DNA from: Deinococcales bacterium
GTDB lineage: Bacteria > Deinococcota > Deinococci > Deinococcales > JAAFIG01
Assembly: GCA_031414595.1 (NCBI GenBank)
Contig: JANNVX010000088.1
Span: 128,001 to 192,000 of the forward strand
Reading direction: 5' to 3'
Length of the DNA: 64,000 bases
Below the pieces are notes generated by a model. It was given only the letters and a program-made list of their open reading frames with translations, ran no database searches and was not told where the DNA came from. Below, piece after piece: positions 9,933 to 19,369 of the stretch. The first letter of the stretch is position 1. Each line of letters begins with the position of its first letter. Both the position numbers and the translations under genes were made by a program.

Positions 9933-10071
9933 TTTGTAAGGCTCAAGTCAAGTGCGGAATTGGCTCGAGCCAATTTCCGCGAAATGTATTCAAACTCTTT
10001 GAAAATGAGTAAGACAAATCTAGTAACACTGGATTATCCTTGTCCTCAGCACATTTAGACAAGGAGTACAT

Positions 10072-11034
10072 ATGATTTTACAACAACATTTAGAAAATTC
10101 TGGGTTTGGTTATCGTTCCACGGCTGCCGATGTGGTCAAAGGAATCGATTTAACAGGCAAAACGGCGGTCGTCACAGGTGGTTACTCTGGAATCGGCACT
10201 GAAACAGTACGGGCTTTGGTTGGTGTCGGCGCACAGGTGATTGTTGGGGCGCGTCGTCCTGATGTGGCACAGACCAACCTGGCTGGTATGCCAAGAGTCA
10301 CGATTCTTGAGCTTGACCTTGGAGCGCCAGAGTCCATAAATTCGTTTAGCTTGGCAGTGTCATCACGCCTCACCCAACTGGACATGCTAATTAATAACGC
10401 GGCAATCATGGCAAACCCACTAACTCGAGACCAGCGCGGCTTTGAAAGTCAGTTGGCAGTCAATCATCTTGGTCATTTTCAACTCACCGCCCGTTTATGG
10501 AGATTGTTATGTGCAGCCCCGAGTGCAAGGGTGGTTACGCTGACCTCATCGGCTCATGGTGGCAATGGACTCGAGGTTAACGACCTAAACTTTGAAACTC
10601 GAGCTTATGAAAAGTGGACTGCTTATTCCCAAGCCAAATCTGCCAATGCACTTTTTGCACTTTCTTTAGATAAAAGAGGTCAGCCGCATGGTGTGCGTTC
10701 CTTTGCAGTAGACCCCGGTGGTATTGACACACCACTGCAACGCCACATGGCTGACGAAGAAAAAATTGCCATGGGTTGGATGGACAAAGACGGCAAGCTA
10801 AATGATTTACTCAAAACAGTCGAACAAGGTGCGGCAACCACCATCTGGTGCGCTACATCTTCGGTACTGAACGACATGGGTGGTGTCTACTGCGAAAATT
10901 GCAATATCGCCCAACCGTGGCAAGCTGGCAATCCGCCGATGATAGGTGTTCATCCTCACGTCCGCGACGAAGCACTGGCAGAGGCGTTATGGAAAAAGTC
11001 CGAAGATTTACTCGGCGAAAAGTTTCCTGGCTAA
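10072..11034 (+). CDS. short-chain dehydrogenase/reductase (retinol-DH-like)
   Basis: TGGYSGIG, LINNA, VNHLGHF, YSQAK catalytic YxxxK. Confidence 0.92.
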   Translation: MILQQHLENSGFGYRSTAADVVKGIDLTGKTAVVTGGYSGIGTETVRALVGVGAQVIVGARRPDVAQTNLAGMPRVTILELDLGAPESINSFSLAVSSRLTQLDMLINNAAIMANPLTRDQRGFESQLAVNHLGHFQLTARLWRLLCAAPSARVVTLTSSAHGGNGLEVNDLNFETRAYEKWTAYSQAKSANALFALSLDKRGQPHGVRSFAVDPGGIDTPLQRHMADEEKIAMGWMDKDGKLNDLLKTVEQGAATTIWCATSSVLNDMGGVYCENCNIAQPWQAGNPPMIGVHPHVRDEALAEALWKKSEDLLGEKFPG

Positions 11035-11047
11035 AGGAGTATCCATT

Positions 11048-11476
11048 ATGAAAAGTATAGAAAATCTGAATACAGGCGGTACTTCACGAAAAATTGCCCG
11101 AAACGTTTTTATTGGATTTGCGGGATTCAACGGGTTAATCGCAGTTCTTCTCGGGGTGATGACCTTGGTCAATATGCAGGGTGTTTTTGAAGGCTTTGGA
11201 ATCACCTTTACTCGAGAATTAAATTCAATTGGATTACCTGCGGCTGGGCTGCTGATTTTAGTTGGTGTACTGGTTTTTATCAGCATTTATTGGCTTGTGC
11301 AGGGAAAAATCGAAGGGATTTTAGTTCCTGTTGGACACGCTGCCTTTCTATTCGTCTTGGGATTTATGGCTTTGGCTCGGCTTGGCGCAACCGATATTCT
11401 TTTGATTGATAGCATCCGTGGTTTCTTGGCGATGGTCGCGGGTTACTTTGCTTATCAAGAAATGAGGCAAGGATGA
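11048..11476 (+). CDS. hypothetical 4-TM membrane protein
   Basis: AAGGAG RBS; four hydrophobic segments; operonic with SDR and AraC. Confidence 0.75.
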   Translation: MKSIENLNTGGTSRKIARNVFIGFAGFNGLIAVLLGVMTLVNMQGVFEGFGITFTRELNSIGLPAAGLLILVGVLVFISIYWLVQGKIEGILVPVGHAAFLFVLGFMALARLGATDILLIDSIRGFLAMVAGYFAYQEMRQG

Positions 11477-12378
11477 CCGAAATTGTTCAACTCAAAACTA
11501 TTGCCGAATTACACCGATTTTTTGGCGTGGACAAACCACTCCATCCATTGATTTCAATTTCTTGGCACAAAGCAGACCAAAAATTTAGTTTTGGAGAAGT
11601 TCGTGTAACAAGTGATTTGTACCATATCTCGCTGAAAGGCGATATGCGCGGCGCATTTACTTATGGGCGCAATTCTTACGATTTTGAAGAAGGAACATTG
11701 GTCTTCACTGCACCCGGGCAAGTGGCATCTTTTGGGCAATCAGATTTTGAAATGACCAATTCGGGATGGTCGCTGATGTTTCATCCTGATTTAATCAGAA
11801 AATCCGAATTGGGACGCACGATTAAAGACTATTCGTTTTTTGATTATGCGGTTCATGAGGCGCTGCATGTTTCCGAAAAAGAAAGCAGCATTTTAACTGA
11901 TTTGGTTAAAAAAGTGGAAATAGAACTGCAACAAAACATTGATGACCATTCTCAGGATTTAATGATTGTGATGCTCGAGGCAATCTTAAAGTATTGTCGT
12001 CGCTACTATAATCGTCAATTTCATACACGGACAAACCTAAATAAAGACCTGATTGTTCGGTTTGAAGCCTATCTCGAGACGTATTTTGCATCACAAGAAC
12101 TGCTCGAGCGCGGGCTACCAACCGTGACGCAATGTGGTGAAGCCTTGAACATGACTGGTTCTTATCTGAGCGATTTGTTGAAACTCGAGACTGGTAAAAG
12201 TGCTTTAACCTACATCCATGCGTATGTGATTGAAGCGGCAAAAACATTGTTGCTGGGAACAAATGATTCGGTTGGTGAAGTGGCGTACCGACTGGGTTTT
12301 CAATACCAGCAGCACTTCAGCAAGCTATTTAAGTCTAAAACAGGGGTTAGTCCATCGGACTTTCGCAATACAAATTGA
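11473..12378 (+). CDS. AraC family transcriptional regulator
   Basis: YGRNSYDFEEG, FHPDLI, C-terminal 'YLSDLLK..TG...EVAYRLGFQYQQHFSKLFK' double HTH. Confidence 0.92.
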   Translation: MTEIVQLKTIAELHRFFGVDKPLHPLISISWHKADQKFSFGEVRVTSDLYHISLKGDMRGAFTYGRNSYDFEEGTLVFTAPGQVASFGQSDFEMTNSGWSLMFHPDLIRKSELGRTIKDYSFFDYAVHEALHVSEKESSILTDLVKKVEIELQQNIDDHSQDLMIVMLEAILKYCRRYYNRQFHTRTNLNKDLIVRFEAYLETYFASQELLERGLPTVTQCGEALNMTGSYLSDLLKLETGKSALTYIHAYVIEAAKTLLLGTNDSVGEVAYRLGFQYQQHFSKLFKSKTGVSPSDFRNTN

Positions 12379-12580
12379 CAATTTGGTTGTAGCATAGCAA
12401 GACAATTCAGGCTCAATAGTTGTGATTGGCGCTTGGATGGTTCAGGATATGTATATTTTAGTACTGATGTAGATGCGTTTATTACTAGGTAGAATTAGGA
12501 GTGTTCGCAATCGTTATGGATTTAATTTCCCGAGGTACGTTTCGGGGAATTATTGTTTGAGAGCTTGGTATGCTTGTTTT

Positions 12581-12685
12581 ATGATTTCAGTTCTGATTCC
12601 AGCCGCAGGCAGTGGCGAACGCCTCGGCTTAGACGCGAAGGCATTGCTCGAGTTAAATGGGCTAACCCTTCTCGAGCGGGCGATT
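12581..12685 (+). pseudogene. 5' fragment of ispD (duplicate of 22718-22822)
   Basis: Encodes MISVLIPAAGSGERLGLDAKALLELNGLTLLERAI; about 14 differences in 105 nt versus intact ispD, mostly synonymous. Confidence 0.9.
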
Positions 12686-12695
12686 CAATGCTATC

Positions 12696-12816
12696 CCAAT
12701 TGCTCGGGTAGCATTGCGACCATTGGCTGTGGTTGTGCCGCCCAGTCTCGAGAATAGTTTAATTCGGGCAAGTGGCTTTAATCCTAGTGGCACAAGCGAA
12801 GGCAGTTTGAAAGTGG
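12696..12816 (+). repeat. orphan fragment of lipoprotein internal repeat (copy 1)
   Basis: Near-identical to ~18045-18165 and ~21525-21610 (…CGACCATTGGCTGTGGTTGTGCCGCCCAGTCTCGAGAATAG…). Confidence 0.9.
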
Positions 12817-12899
12817 TGTGAAGAAAGTGACCAGAAGAATTTTGTGGTCTCGAGTAGGATGGTATTGGAAGTTTAGGCTCGAGAATTAAGGGAGGTTTT

Positions 12900-14468
12900 A
12901 TGTTCAATGTTCAAAGAATGAAATGGATTATTTTACCGTTATGCTTACTGATTGTGACGGGATTAGCACAGCAAATGGTGCAATTGCCAGAACCTGATCT
13001 AAATGCTTTTCCAGTACCGATTGTCAAAGCTAATATAAAGAAATTAGCTGAATATCCTATCGACACGAATTTAACCCAATTCCATTCATTAAAACGTGAA
13101 ATTAGTATGGATTTACTTGCTATTGGCGAACATGTATTTTTTGCAGATAATAATACAGTTTATCGAATTACAAACAGTGAAAAACGTATACTGACTTTTA
13201 ATGAACCGTTGACTCGAGTTATTACAGATTGGCAAACTCGTTTATTTGTGATGACCCAGAAACAGTGGATATTTATTTTTGATGTAAATACATTAAAACT
13301 ACTAACAAAATTCCAAGTTAAATATGACCAAGAAATAAGTGATTTTGTTTATCTACCTAAAGACATTATTCTAGTGGGTTTCAATCTTTGGAAAGATGAG
13401 TCACGAAAAACCCCCCATCCATTGGCTGCTATTGCCTACTCTCCAACTGGGAAAGTGGTTTGGAGTATCAAAAACACCGCTAAAATTTTTACGGATTTTG
13501 ATGAACGTCGTTTCTTTGAGGTTTTGCAAGTTGGAACTCGAGGATTTGTCGCAAATTGTTGTAGTTTTCCTACTCAAGTAAATAGTTACGAAGGGGCTTT
13601 GAAAACCGCATTTATATATGAAAATAAAACAGGTAAATTAAAACTCTTAGAACTCAGTCGTGGAACGCAAGAACCAAATCCACCTCAGTTTACATCTGGT
13701 ACTACAAATCCTGATTTGTATGCTAATTCTAAAGCTTCCATAAATATAAGTGAATTTAAGATTCTTGATGCGAGATATAAGTTTTCAGATGTTTATTCCC
13801 ATATTTCGGAAAAATTCTCTAAGCTCGCTCCAACTTGCGATAATTTGTTTAATTCAATGAAGTGGAATTACAAACGCAGCCCTGATATTTATAGCGAAGC
13901 AATAGTATTGCTAAATTTACTATTTTCTGATGAGGTTCTATTTTTTTCATATACTTTGCCAAACATATGTGGCTCTGTCACCTCTGGTTTTGATGTAGCA
14001 AAGAAAACGTTTTTTGGACACGAAAAATATATATCTTGCTTAAACAATAGTATTGAGGATTTTGCCAATGGTACTAAAAAGATAATAAATAAAATCCTGA
14101 CAAAAAACAAAAAATTATTTATTAACTTATATGACTCAACTATCATAGAAATAAATGATAAAAACTCATTAAAGACAGCTTGTTTATGGAAATTTGATAA
14201 GAAATACACTAAGGAGGACGGAAGTTCATTTATTGATTTCAAAACTTATAAAATTTCATCAAAAACATATGGAAATGAAAATTGGTTTGTTTCTATCAAT
14301 AAAGATATGCTTACTCAGATAATTTTAGTAGGTAGCCCAAAAACTGAAAATATAACTCAAATAAATGCCTATGAGATTGACATAAAAGGAGATTCATTAC
14401 TTATGGTTAATAACTTTCTATATTCAAACTCAGGTCGTAAAATTTCCATCTATGGGGTAAAAAAATGA
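12900..14468 (+). CDS. secreted protein, conserved N-terminus / variable C-terminus (paralog A)
   Basis: GGAGG RBS, signal peptide (..GLA-QQ); first ~230 aa clearly similar to next gene; AT-rich C-terminus. Confidence 0.8.
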   Translation: MFNVQRMKWIILPLCLLIVTGLAQQMVQLPEPDLNAFPVPIVKANIKKLAEYPIDTNLTQFHSLKREISMDLLAIGEHVFFADNNTVYRITNSEKRILTFNEPLTRVITDWQTRLFVMTQKQWIFIFDVNTLKLLTKFQVKYDQEISDFVYLPKDIILVGFNLWKDESRKTPHPLAAIAYSPTGKVVWSIKNTAKIFTDFDERRFFEVLQVGTRGFVANCCSFPTQVNSYEGALKTAFIYENKTGKLKLLELSRGTQEPNPPQFTSGTTNPDLYANSKASINISEFKILDARYKFSDVYSHISEKFSKLAPTCDNLFNSMKWNYKRSPDIYSEAIVLLNLLFSDEVLFFSYTLPNICGSVTSGFDVAKKTFFGHEKYISCLNNSIEDFANGTKKIINKILTKNKKLFINLYDSTIIEINDKNSLKTACLWKFDKKYTKEDGSSFIDFKTYKISSKTYGNENWFVSINKDMLTQIILVGSPKTENITQINAYEIDIKGDSLLMVNNFLYSNSGRKISIYGVKK

Positions 14469-15910
14469 AATGGATTATTTGTTTACTGTGTTTGTTTATG
14501 ACTAGCCTTGCACAACAAGCAGTACAAATACCAGAACCAAATTGGAATGCTTTTCCAGTCCCAATCGTAGATGCAACCACTCAAAAAATAGCTGAATTCC
14601 CAATAGATACCAGCTTGACTCAGTTTCAATCTTTGAAACGCGAAATTAACACTGATGTTCTATTTTTAGGAAATCATGCTGTATTTGCTGCGAATAAAAC
14701 TGTTTACCAAATAACCAATGGTCAAAAGCGTAGTCTCGAGTTTGCAGAGCCTTTGTTTCGAGTGATAACAGATTGGCAAAGCAGATTGTTTGTTATCACC
14801 CAAAAACGATGGGTTCATATTATTGATGTCAACACCTTAAAAACATTAGTCAAGTTTCAAGCGAAGTATGACCAAGTGTTAAGTGATGTTGCGTACTTAC
14901 CAAATAATGTTGTCCTAGTTGGTTTTAATTTCTGGGGTGACAATAACCGAAAAATAAGAAATCCAATTGTAGCGGCGGCTTACAATATGAATGGTAAAGA
15001 AATTTGGAACATCAAGAACACTTTGAACGCTAACCCTGTGGATTCAGATCATTTTTCGTATGAATTTGAAATTCTACAAGTGGGGACTCGAGGATTTATA
15101 GCCAATTGCTGTAATGCACCTAAAGATGACATTCAAGAAGGCTTTGTTTATGAAAGTAAAAACGGTCAAGTTAAAGTCAAGAATGTTACTTACCAAGGAC
15201 CGCCAGGGGCGTTTTTTGGAGGTAAGTATGTGAATTTAGATGACCCAGATACTTATTATGGACGTGTAGCAGGAGTTAGTATTGTTGATCTATACAATTT
15301 TAAGTTTCTAGTTAATCAAATAGGTTTGCCAGATGCTTATTCTACTATTCCAGACATAGAAAAAGGATGTAAGGCACTGGGACTAGACCCTATTAGATCG
15401 GTGACAAAAAGTTATCACTTGAGTTCTTGGTACAACAAAGATTGTAGTGGAAAACTATATATTTTTGATAGAGTCAAAAATAGGTATTTAGATTGGAGTA
15501 AGCCTCAAAATTGTATGAGAGAAAAATATGGTGACAGGCAAGGATCAAATGTAAATGAAATAAAAATTCGTGGAGTTTCTTATTTTATTGATCCTTTTAC
15601 TTTTTCTTTCTCTAAAATAGTTAAAGATGAGATTTCAACCTCTTGTATTTATAGTTTTGATAAAACAATTTTTCCAACAGATGAATGGAAAGAGCATTCC
15701 ATAAATTTATATAAATGGTCAAATGATTCATTTTTAATAAGAATTGAAAATAGAATTTTAGAAAACAATTCCCAAGATAACTTAATTTATTCAAATTCCT
15801 TGCAAAAATTACTAAAAATAAAGGCAAAGAGGCAATCCGTGATTCAAGGTGATTTTTTACTTGAAATTGACCAGAAATTAAATCTCAAGCGATATAAGGT
15901 GGCAAAATGA
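14465..15910 (+). CDS. secreted protein, conserved N-terminus / variable C-terminus (paralog B)
   Basis: Signal peptide (..SLA-QQ); shared PEP..NAFPVPIV, RVITDWQ.RLFV, LQVGTRGF.ANCC blocks. Confidence 0.8.
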   Translation: MKWIICLLCLFMTSLAQQAVQIPEPNWNAFPVPIVDATTQKIAEFPIDTSLTQFQSLKREINTDVLFLGNHAVFAANKTVYQITNGQKRSLEFAEPLFRVITDWQSRLFVITQKRWVHIIDVNTLKTLVKFQAKYDQVLSDVAYLPNNVVLVGFNFWGDNNRKIRNPIVAAAYNMNGKEIWNIKNTLNANPVDSDHFSYEFEILQVGTRGFIANCCNAPKDDIQEGFVYESKNGQVKVKNVTYQGPPGAFFGGKYVNLDDPDTYYGRVAGVSIVDLYNFKFLVNQIGLPDAYSTIPDIEKGCKALGLDPIRSVTKSYHLSSWYNKDCSGKLYIFDRVKNRYLDWSKPQNCMREKYGDRQGSNVNEIKIRGVSYFIDPFTFSFSKIVKDEISTSCIYSFDKTIFPTDEWKEHSINLYKWSNDSFLIRIENRILENNSQDNLIYSNSLQKLLKIKAKRQSVIQGDFLLEIDQKLNLKRYKVAK

Positions 15911-18195
15911 AAATTAGTGCATATATTTTAGTTGTACTCTTAGCTCTATCTTCATGTGGACAGTATAATTCTCAAAACGACACAGTAATTACTGAAAATG
16001 ATTTTAGGATTTTTGGTGATGAAAAATCTTCTTTGGATTCAGAAAGCAATTCAAATTCTTTGTTCACCCAAGCAAATACAAAAAGTATAGGAACTGGTCC
16101 TTTTTCTAAGACTACGCTCAGTTCTTCGCAATCATTTAATTGGGCAAAAATGACATTAAAACTACCCAAAGTCAATTCCGAAAAATTAATACAAGATGGG
16201 AAACGTTTTTGCGAAATAAAATCCATAAATGCAAAAGTAAGAAATATTCTCGCTCCTGCAACAAAAGAAAACCCAACCCCCAATCCTATGTCTGTCGAGT
16301 TTTCTCGTCAAAATCCGCAACTATATACAGGATTTAATGACTTAGATATTGGAGTTGTGTATAACACTGCTGTCTTTGAACGCAATGCTGAAAATACAGC
16401 TTGTGTACGAACACCATATGCCCCAAATTATGATTTAGAGATTAATAAATGGGTGGTTTTTTCACACAATTCTGACGGTAATCAAGGTATCGTTGAATTT
16501 AGCGCACAAGAAAATGATTCTATAGACCTAGAGTTTTGGATTCAAAAACTTAAATTTCAAAGTCCATACAATCAAAAAACTGTTTTTGCTATAAAAGTTT
16601 CTCGAGGAAATGCGGTTGCTCTGCAAGCTAGGGTTTTTAGTGGGAATTTTGTATTTAAGGAAGCTATAAAAAGGGTTTTTTCGATGGCTCAAACCGCAGG
16701 TTTTCAGCGACTATACGGTGATTCAAGCGTCAATATCGTTTTAGATAAGATACAGATTGGAATTCTAAAACCAATTTATGGTGTTGCACAATGGAATTTG
16801 CTAATTAGAGACCTTAATAATCCACAAAAAAATAATTATGGAACGGGTATAAGACCCATTCCTGCTGGGTCACTCCCTAAACTTGCAACTGACCCTAAAT
16901 CAAGTGATATTGCTCAAGTCACTGATATTCAAAGTTCCACATCAAGAAATTTCTCAGAAGATGCTGGAGTCACAACAACTTCTGCTGATAGTCGCCAAAT
17001 TTCAATTAAACTTTTGCCCGAAGCTGCGATTGATGGTCTTGAGAGTCCATTCAAACTAATTTCTGCCTTAAACCCTGATGGCACTTACCCAACCAAACTG
17101 TACAAAGTGGGTAATTCTGGTCGTGCGCCGTTGGCGTATAAGATTCCAGAACCAAAATGGCTCGAGTCAGACCCTACACAACAAGGAATTATTCCTGCTG
17201 GTGCAGACAAGCAAGTTAAGTTTAAGATTAAGGCAGGAGCAGATGGATGTCCAAAAGCACCATTTAAGATTGCTCGTCCGTTTTTTAGGTTCTTTCGTTT
17301 GCAAGATACAAAAGTGCAATCCACAGCAGAGAATGATCCTTCAATGGCTTCTAATCAAACGCCTTTTGCTGTTCCAAAAGATGCTGTTTTTGATGGGAGT
17401 AGTTTAGATCGTACTGCGACATTTCATACATTGGTAGTCTGTGCCACAGCCGAGTTAAAACCAGACGGCTTTGATACCACGGCAATAATTGTAAAAACCG
17501 ATAAACCAACCAATCTAACCTTTAAGAACAGTGGCAGACCCGTTCAAGGCGATTTGAAAGATATTTTCAAGTATGATGGTAGCGAAGAAAAAGCCTTTAC
17601 ACCTGCTGAGTTAAAAATGGTTAAAGACCTAACTGACTTGGATTTTGAACTTACGGTCAAAGCCCTTGGTAATGTTGGATTATCAAAAATCATTGCCACT
17701 GTGGACGGCAAAACAGCAGGTAAGTTACCTGTTCGGGCAGTTGGAACGATTGTTATTCAAGCTGTTTGCAAAACGCCCGGTACGCATAAGTTTGAGTTGA
17801 CTTTAAATGCCAAGAATGATCCAGTTGTTGACGAACGAAAACGTATTGTTCCTGTTACATTACAATGTCCTACAGCCAGTATTCAAACTTCACCCACACC
17901 CATTTCCTTAACAGGCAATGTCGGCTCGAGTACAAACACCCAAAACCTCACCATTTCCAACACTGGCGACCTTGATTCCACCCTCGAGTACAAACAATTC
18001 TTTGTGTCTGAGAACATCCTCGACTCGAGCTTACTAAATCCAAGTCCAGTTGCTGGGGCTGCTTTACGACCATTGGCTGTGGTTGTGCCGCCCAGTCTCG
18101 AGAATAGTTTAATTCGGGCGAGTGGGTTTAATCCCAGTGGCACAAGCGAAGGCAGTTTGAAAGTAGTTACGGCTGGTATTCCAGTCTCGAGTTAG
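15907..18195 (+). CDS. large lipoprotein (YrpD-like N-domain, Ig-like repeats), probably 3'-truncated
   Basis: Lipobox LSSC; stops at the end of the shared repeat, where the 19370 paralog continues. Confidence 0.75.
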   Translation: MKISAYILVVLLALSSCGQYNSQNDTVITENDFRIFGDEKSSLDSESNSNSLFTQANTKSIGTGPFSKTTLSSSQSFNWAKMTLKLPKVNSEKLIQDGKRFCEIKSINAKVRNILAPATKENPTPNPMSVEFSRQNPQLYTGFNDLDIGVVYNTAVFERNAENTACVRTPYAPNYDLEINKWVVFSHNSDGNQGIVEFSAQENDSIDLEFWIQKLKFQSPYNQKTVFAIKVSRGNAVALQARVFSGNFVFKEAIKRVFSMAQTAGFQRLYGDSSVNIVLDKIQIGILKPIYGVAQWNLLIRDLNNPQKNNYGTGIRPIPAGSLPKLATDPKSSDIAQVTDIQSSTSRNFSEDAGVTTTSADSRQISIKLLPEAAIDGLESPFKLISALNPDGTYPTKLYKVGNSGRAPLAYKIPEPKWLESDPTQQGIIPAGADKQVKFKIKAGADGCPKAPFKIARPFFRFFRLQDTKVQSTAENDPSMASNQTPFAVPKDAVFDGSSLDRTATFHTLVVCATAELKPDGFDTTAIIVKTDKPTNLTFKNSGRPVQGDLKDIFKYDGSEEKAFTPAELKMVKDLTDLDFELTVKALGNVGLSKIIATVDGKTAGKLPVRAVGTIVIQAVCKTPGTHKFELTLNAKNDPVVDERKRIVPVTLQCPTASIQTSPTPISLTGNVGSSTNTQNLTISNTGDLDSTLEYKQFFVSENILDSSLLNPSPVAGAALRPLAVVVPPSLENSLIRASGFNPSGTSEGSLKVVTAGIPVSS
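17893..18191 (+). repeat. ~300-bp lipoprotein internal repeat (copy 2)
   Basis: Near-identical to 21371-21669; encodes PTPISLTGNVGSSTNTQNLTISNTGDLDSTLEY…. Confidence 0.95.
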
Positions 18196-19286
18196 CGAAT
18201 TTGCCAAACGCGAATAGTATCATTTGAGCCTCCATACGCAATTCTCGAGGAATCTGGACTAAATTCAACACCAGAGCTTAATTCAAAATTCGGAAATTCA
18301 CGAATTTTCTTACCCGTTTGAACATCCCACAACCAAAGTGAACCCCTAGTTGTACTGTCTTCGTTTTTACTTCCAATAAGTACCAAACGACCATCTGGAC
18401 TAAACCGATGAATTGGTGTCCAGTTTTTTTGTGTCTTAAAAACTCGAATTAACTTTCCGTTACGCCAATCATAAATAGCGGGATACTGAACAGCTTTTCG
18501 AGTAATTTCATCTACTTCATTTGATATATAGCTCGCAATCATGGTGTCGAACTTTGGATTTAGAAGAATACCCTGTGACATTCCACCTTTCAAGGTAACG
18601 GTTTTTACTATTTTTAGTGTTTTTACATCAACAAAATTCATATAACTAGAGTCTGCGTAAATAATTTGTTTACTATCAGGAGTGAACACAATACCATCAC
18701 AGCTAAGTTCTTTTAGGTCTGTGGCTGGGTATTCTTGTGCAGTATTTTTATAGTCTGCTTTTAACAAAGTTTTTATAATTGGTTTTCCTGACTTTAGGTC
18801 AATTAAATCTAATTCACCATGTTCCATTACCACATCAATGCTGTAATACTCTGGAGCAACGGGAGTGATGGCAATCAAATTTTTGTCGGAGCTTATATTT
18901 ACATATTTACGAAAAGCAGAACCTAACTTCCAAGTTGGAGTATATGTCCAAACGAGTTTTCCTGTTCTCGCATCAATCATGTGAAGTGATTCAGAATAAT
19001 CGGGATTATTTAAGTAATAGTCTTTATTTTTTAAGAATTGAACAGAACCCATTGCTTTACCTTTGAGTTCTTGGGGTAATTTGAGGGTTTTTGTTAGATT
19101 GCCAGTCAGCATGTTATAGCTTCTGATACCATCTTCCATAATGTAAGTGTAAACACTTTTTCCATCTGAACTAAAACCGGAAACACCATAGGCGTTTTTT
19201 ATGATGAGTTCTCGAGGGGCGCTTAGACTAGGCAAAATCAAGCCTAAAATAGCGCTGATTCCCAGTACCATAGCAAATAATTTCAT
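18192..19286 (-). CDS. secreted WD40/beta-propeller protein
   Basis: Signal peptide; FSSDGKS, FTPDSK, FSPDGR, LWDVQTGK, FSPDSS..DTIRVW repeats; TAAAAT-N7-ATG start. Confidence 0.85.
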   Translation of the reverse strand: MKLFAMVLGISAILGLILPSLSAPRELIIKNAYGVSGFSSDGKSVYTYIMEDGIRSYNMLTGNLTKTLKLPQELKGKAMGSVQFLKNKDYYLNNPDYSESLHMIDARTGKLVWTYTPTWKLGSAFRKYVNISSDKNLIAITPVAPEYYSIDVVMEHGELDLIDLKSGKPIIKTLLKADYKNTAQEYPATDLKELSCDGIVFTPDSKQIIYADSSYMNFVDVKTLKIVKTVTLKGGMSQGILLNPKFDTMIASYISNEVDEITRKAVQYPAIYDWRNGKLIRVFKTQKNWTPIHRFSPDGRLVLIGSKNEDSTTRGSLWLWDVQTGKKIREFPNFELSSGVEFSPDSSRIAYGGSNDTIRVWQIR

Positions 19287-19369
19287 AGGTCTAATTTTAC
19301 ACAAGTTAGTTTGGTCAGCATGTGAAATTTCAACATGAGAATAAGAAACCGAATGCTAAGCTAACGTTT

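Noticed and set aside
12473-12757. 94-aa ORF as a real gene
   Set aside because: Chimera of spacer, ispD fragment and out-of-frame lipoprotein repeat.
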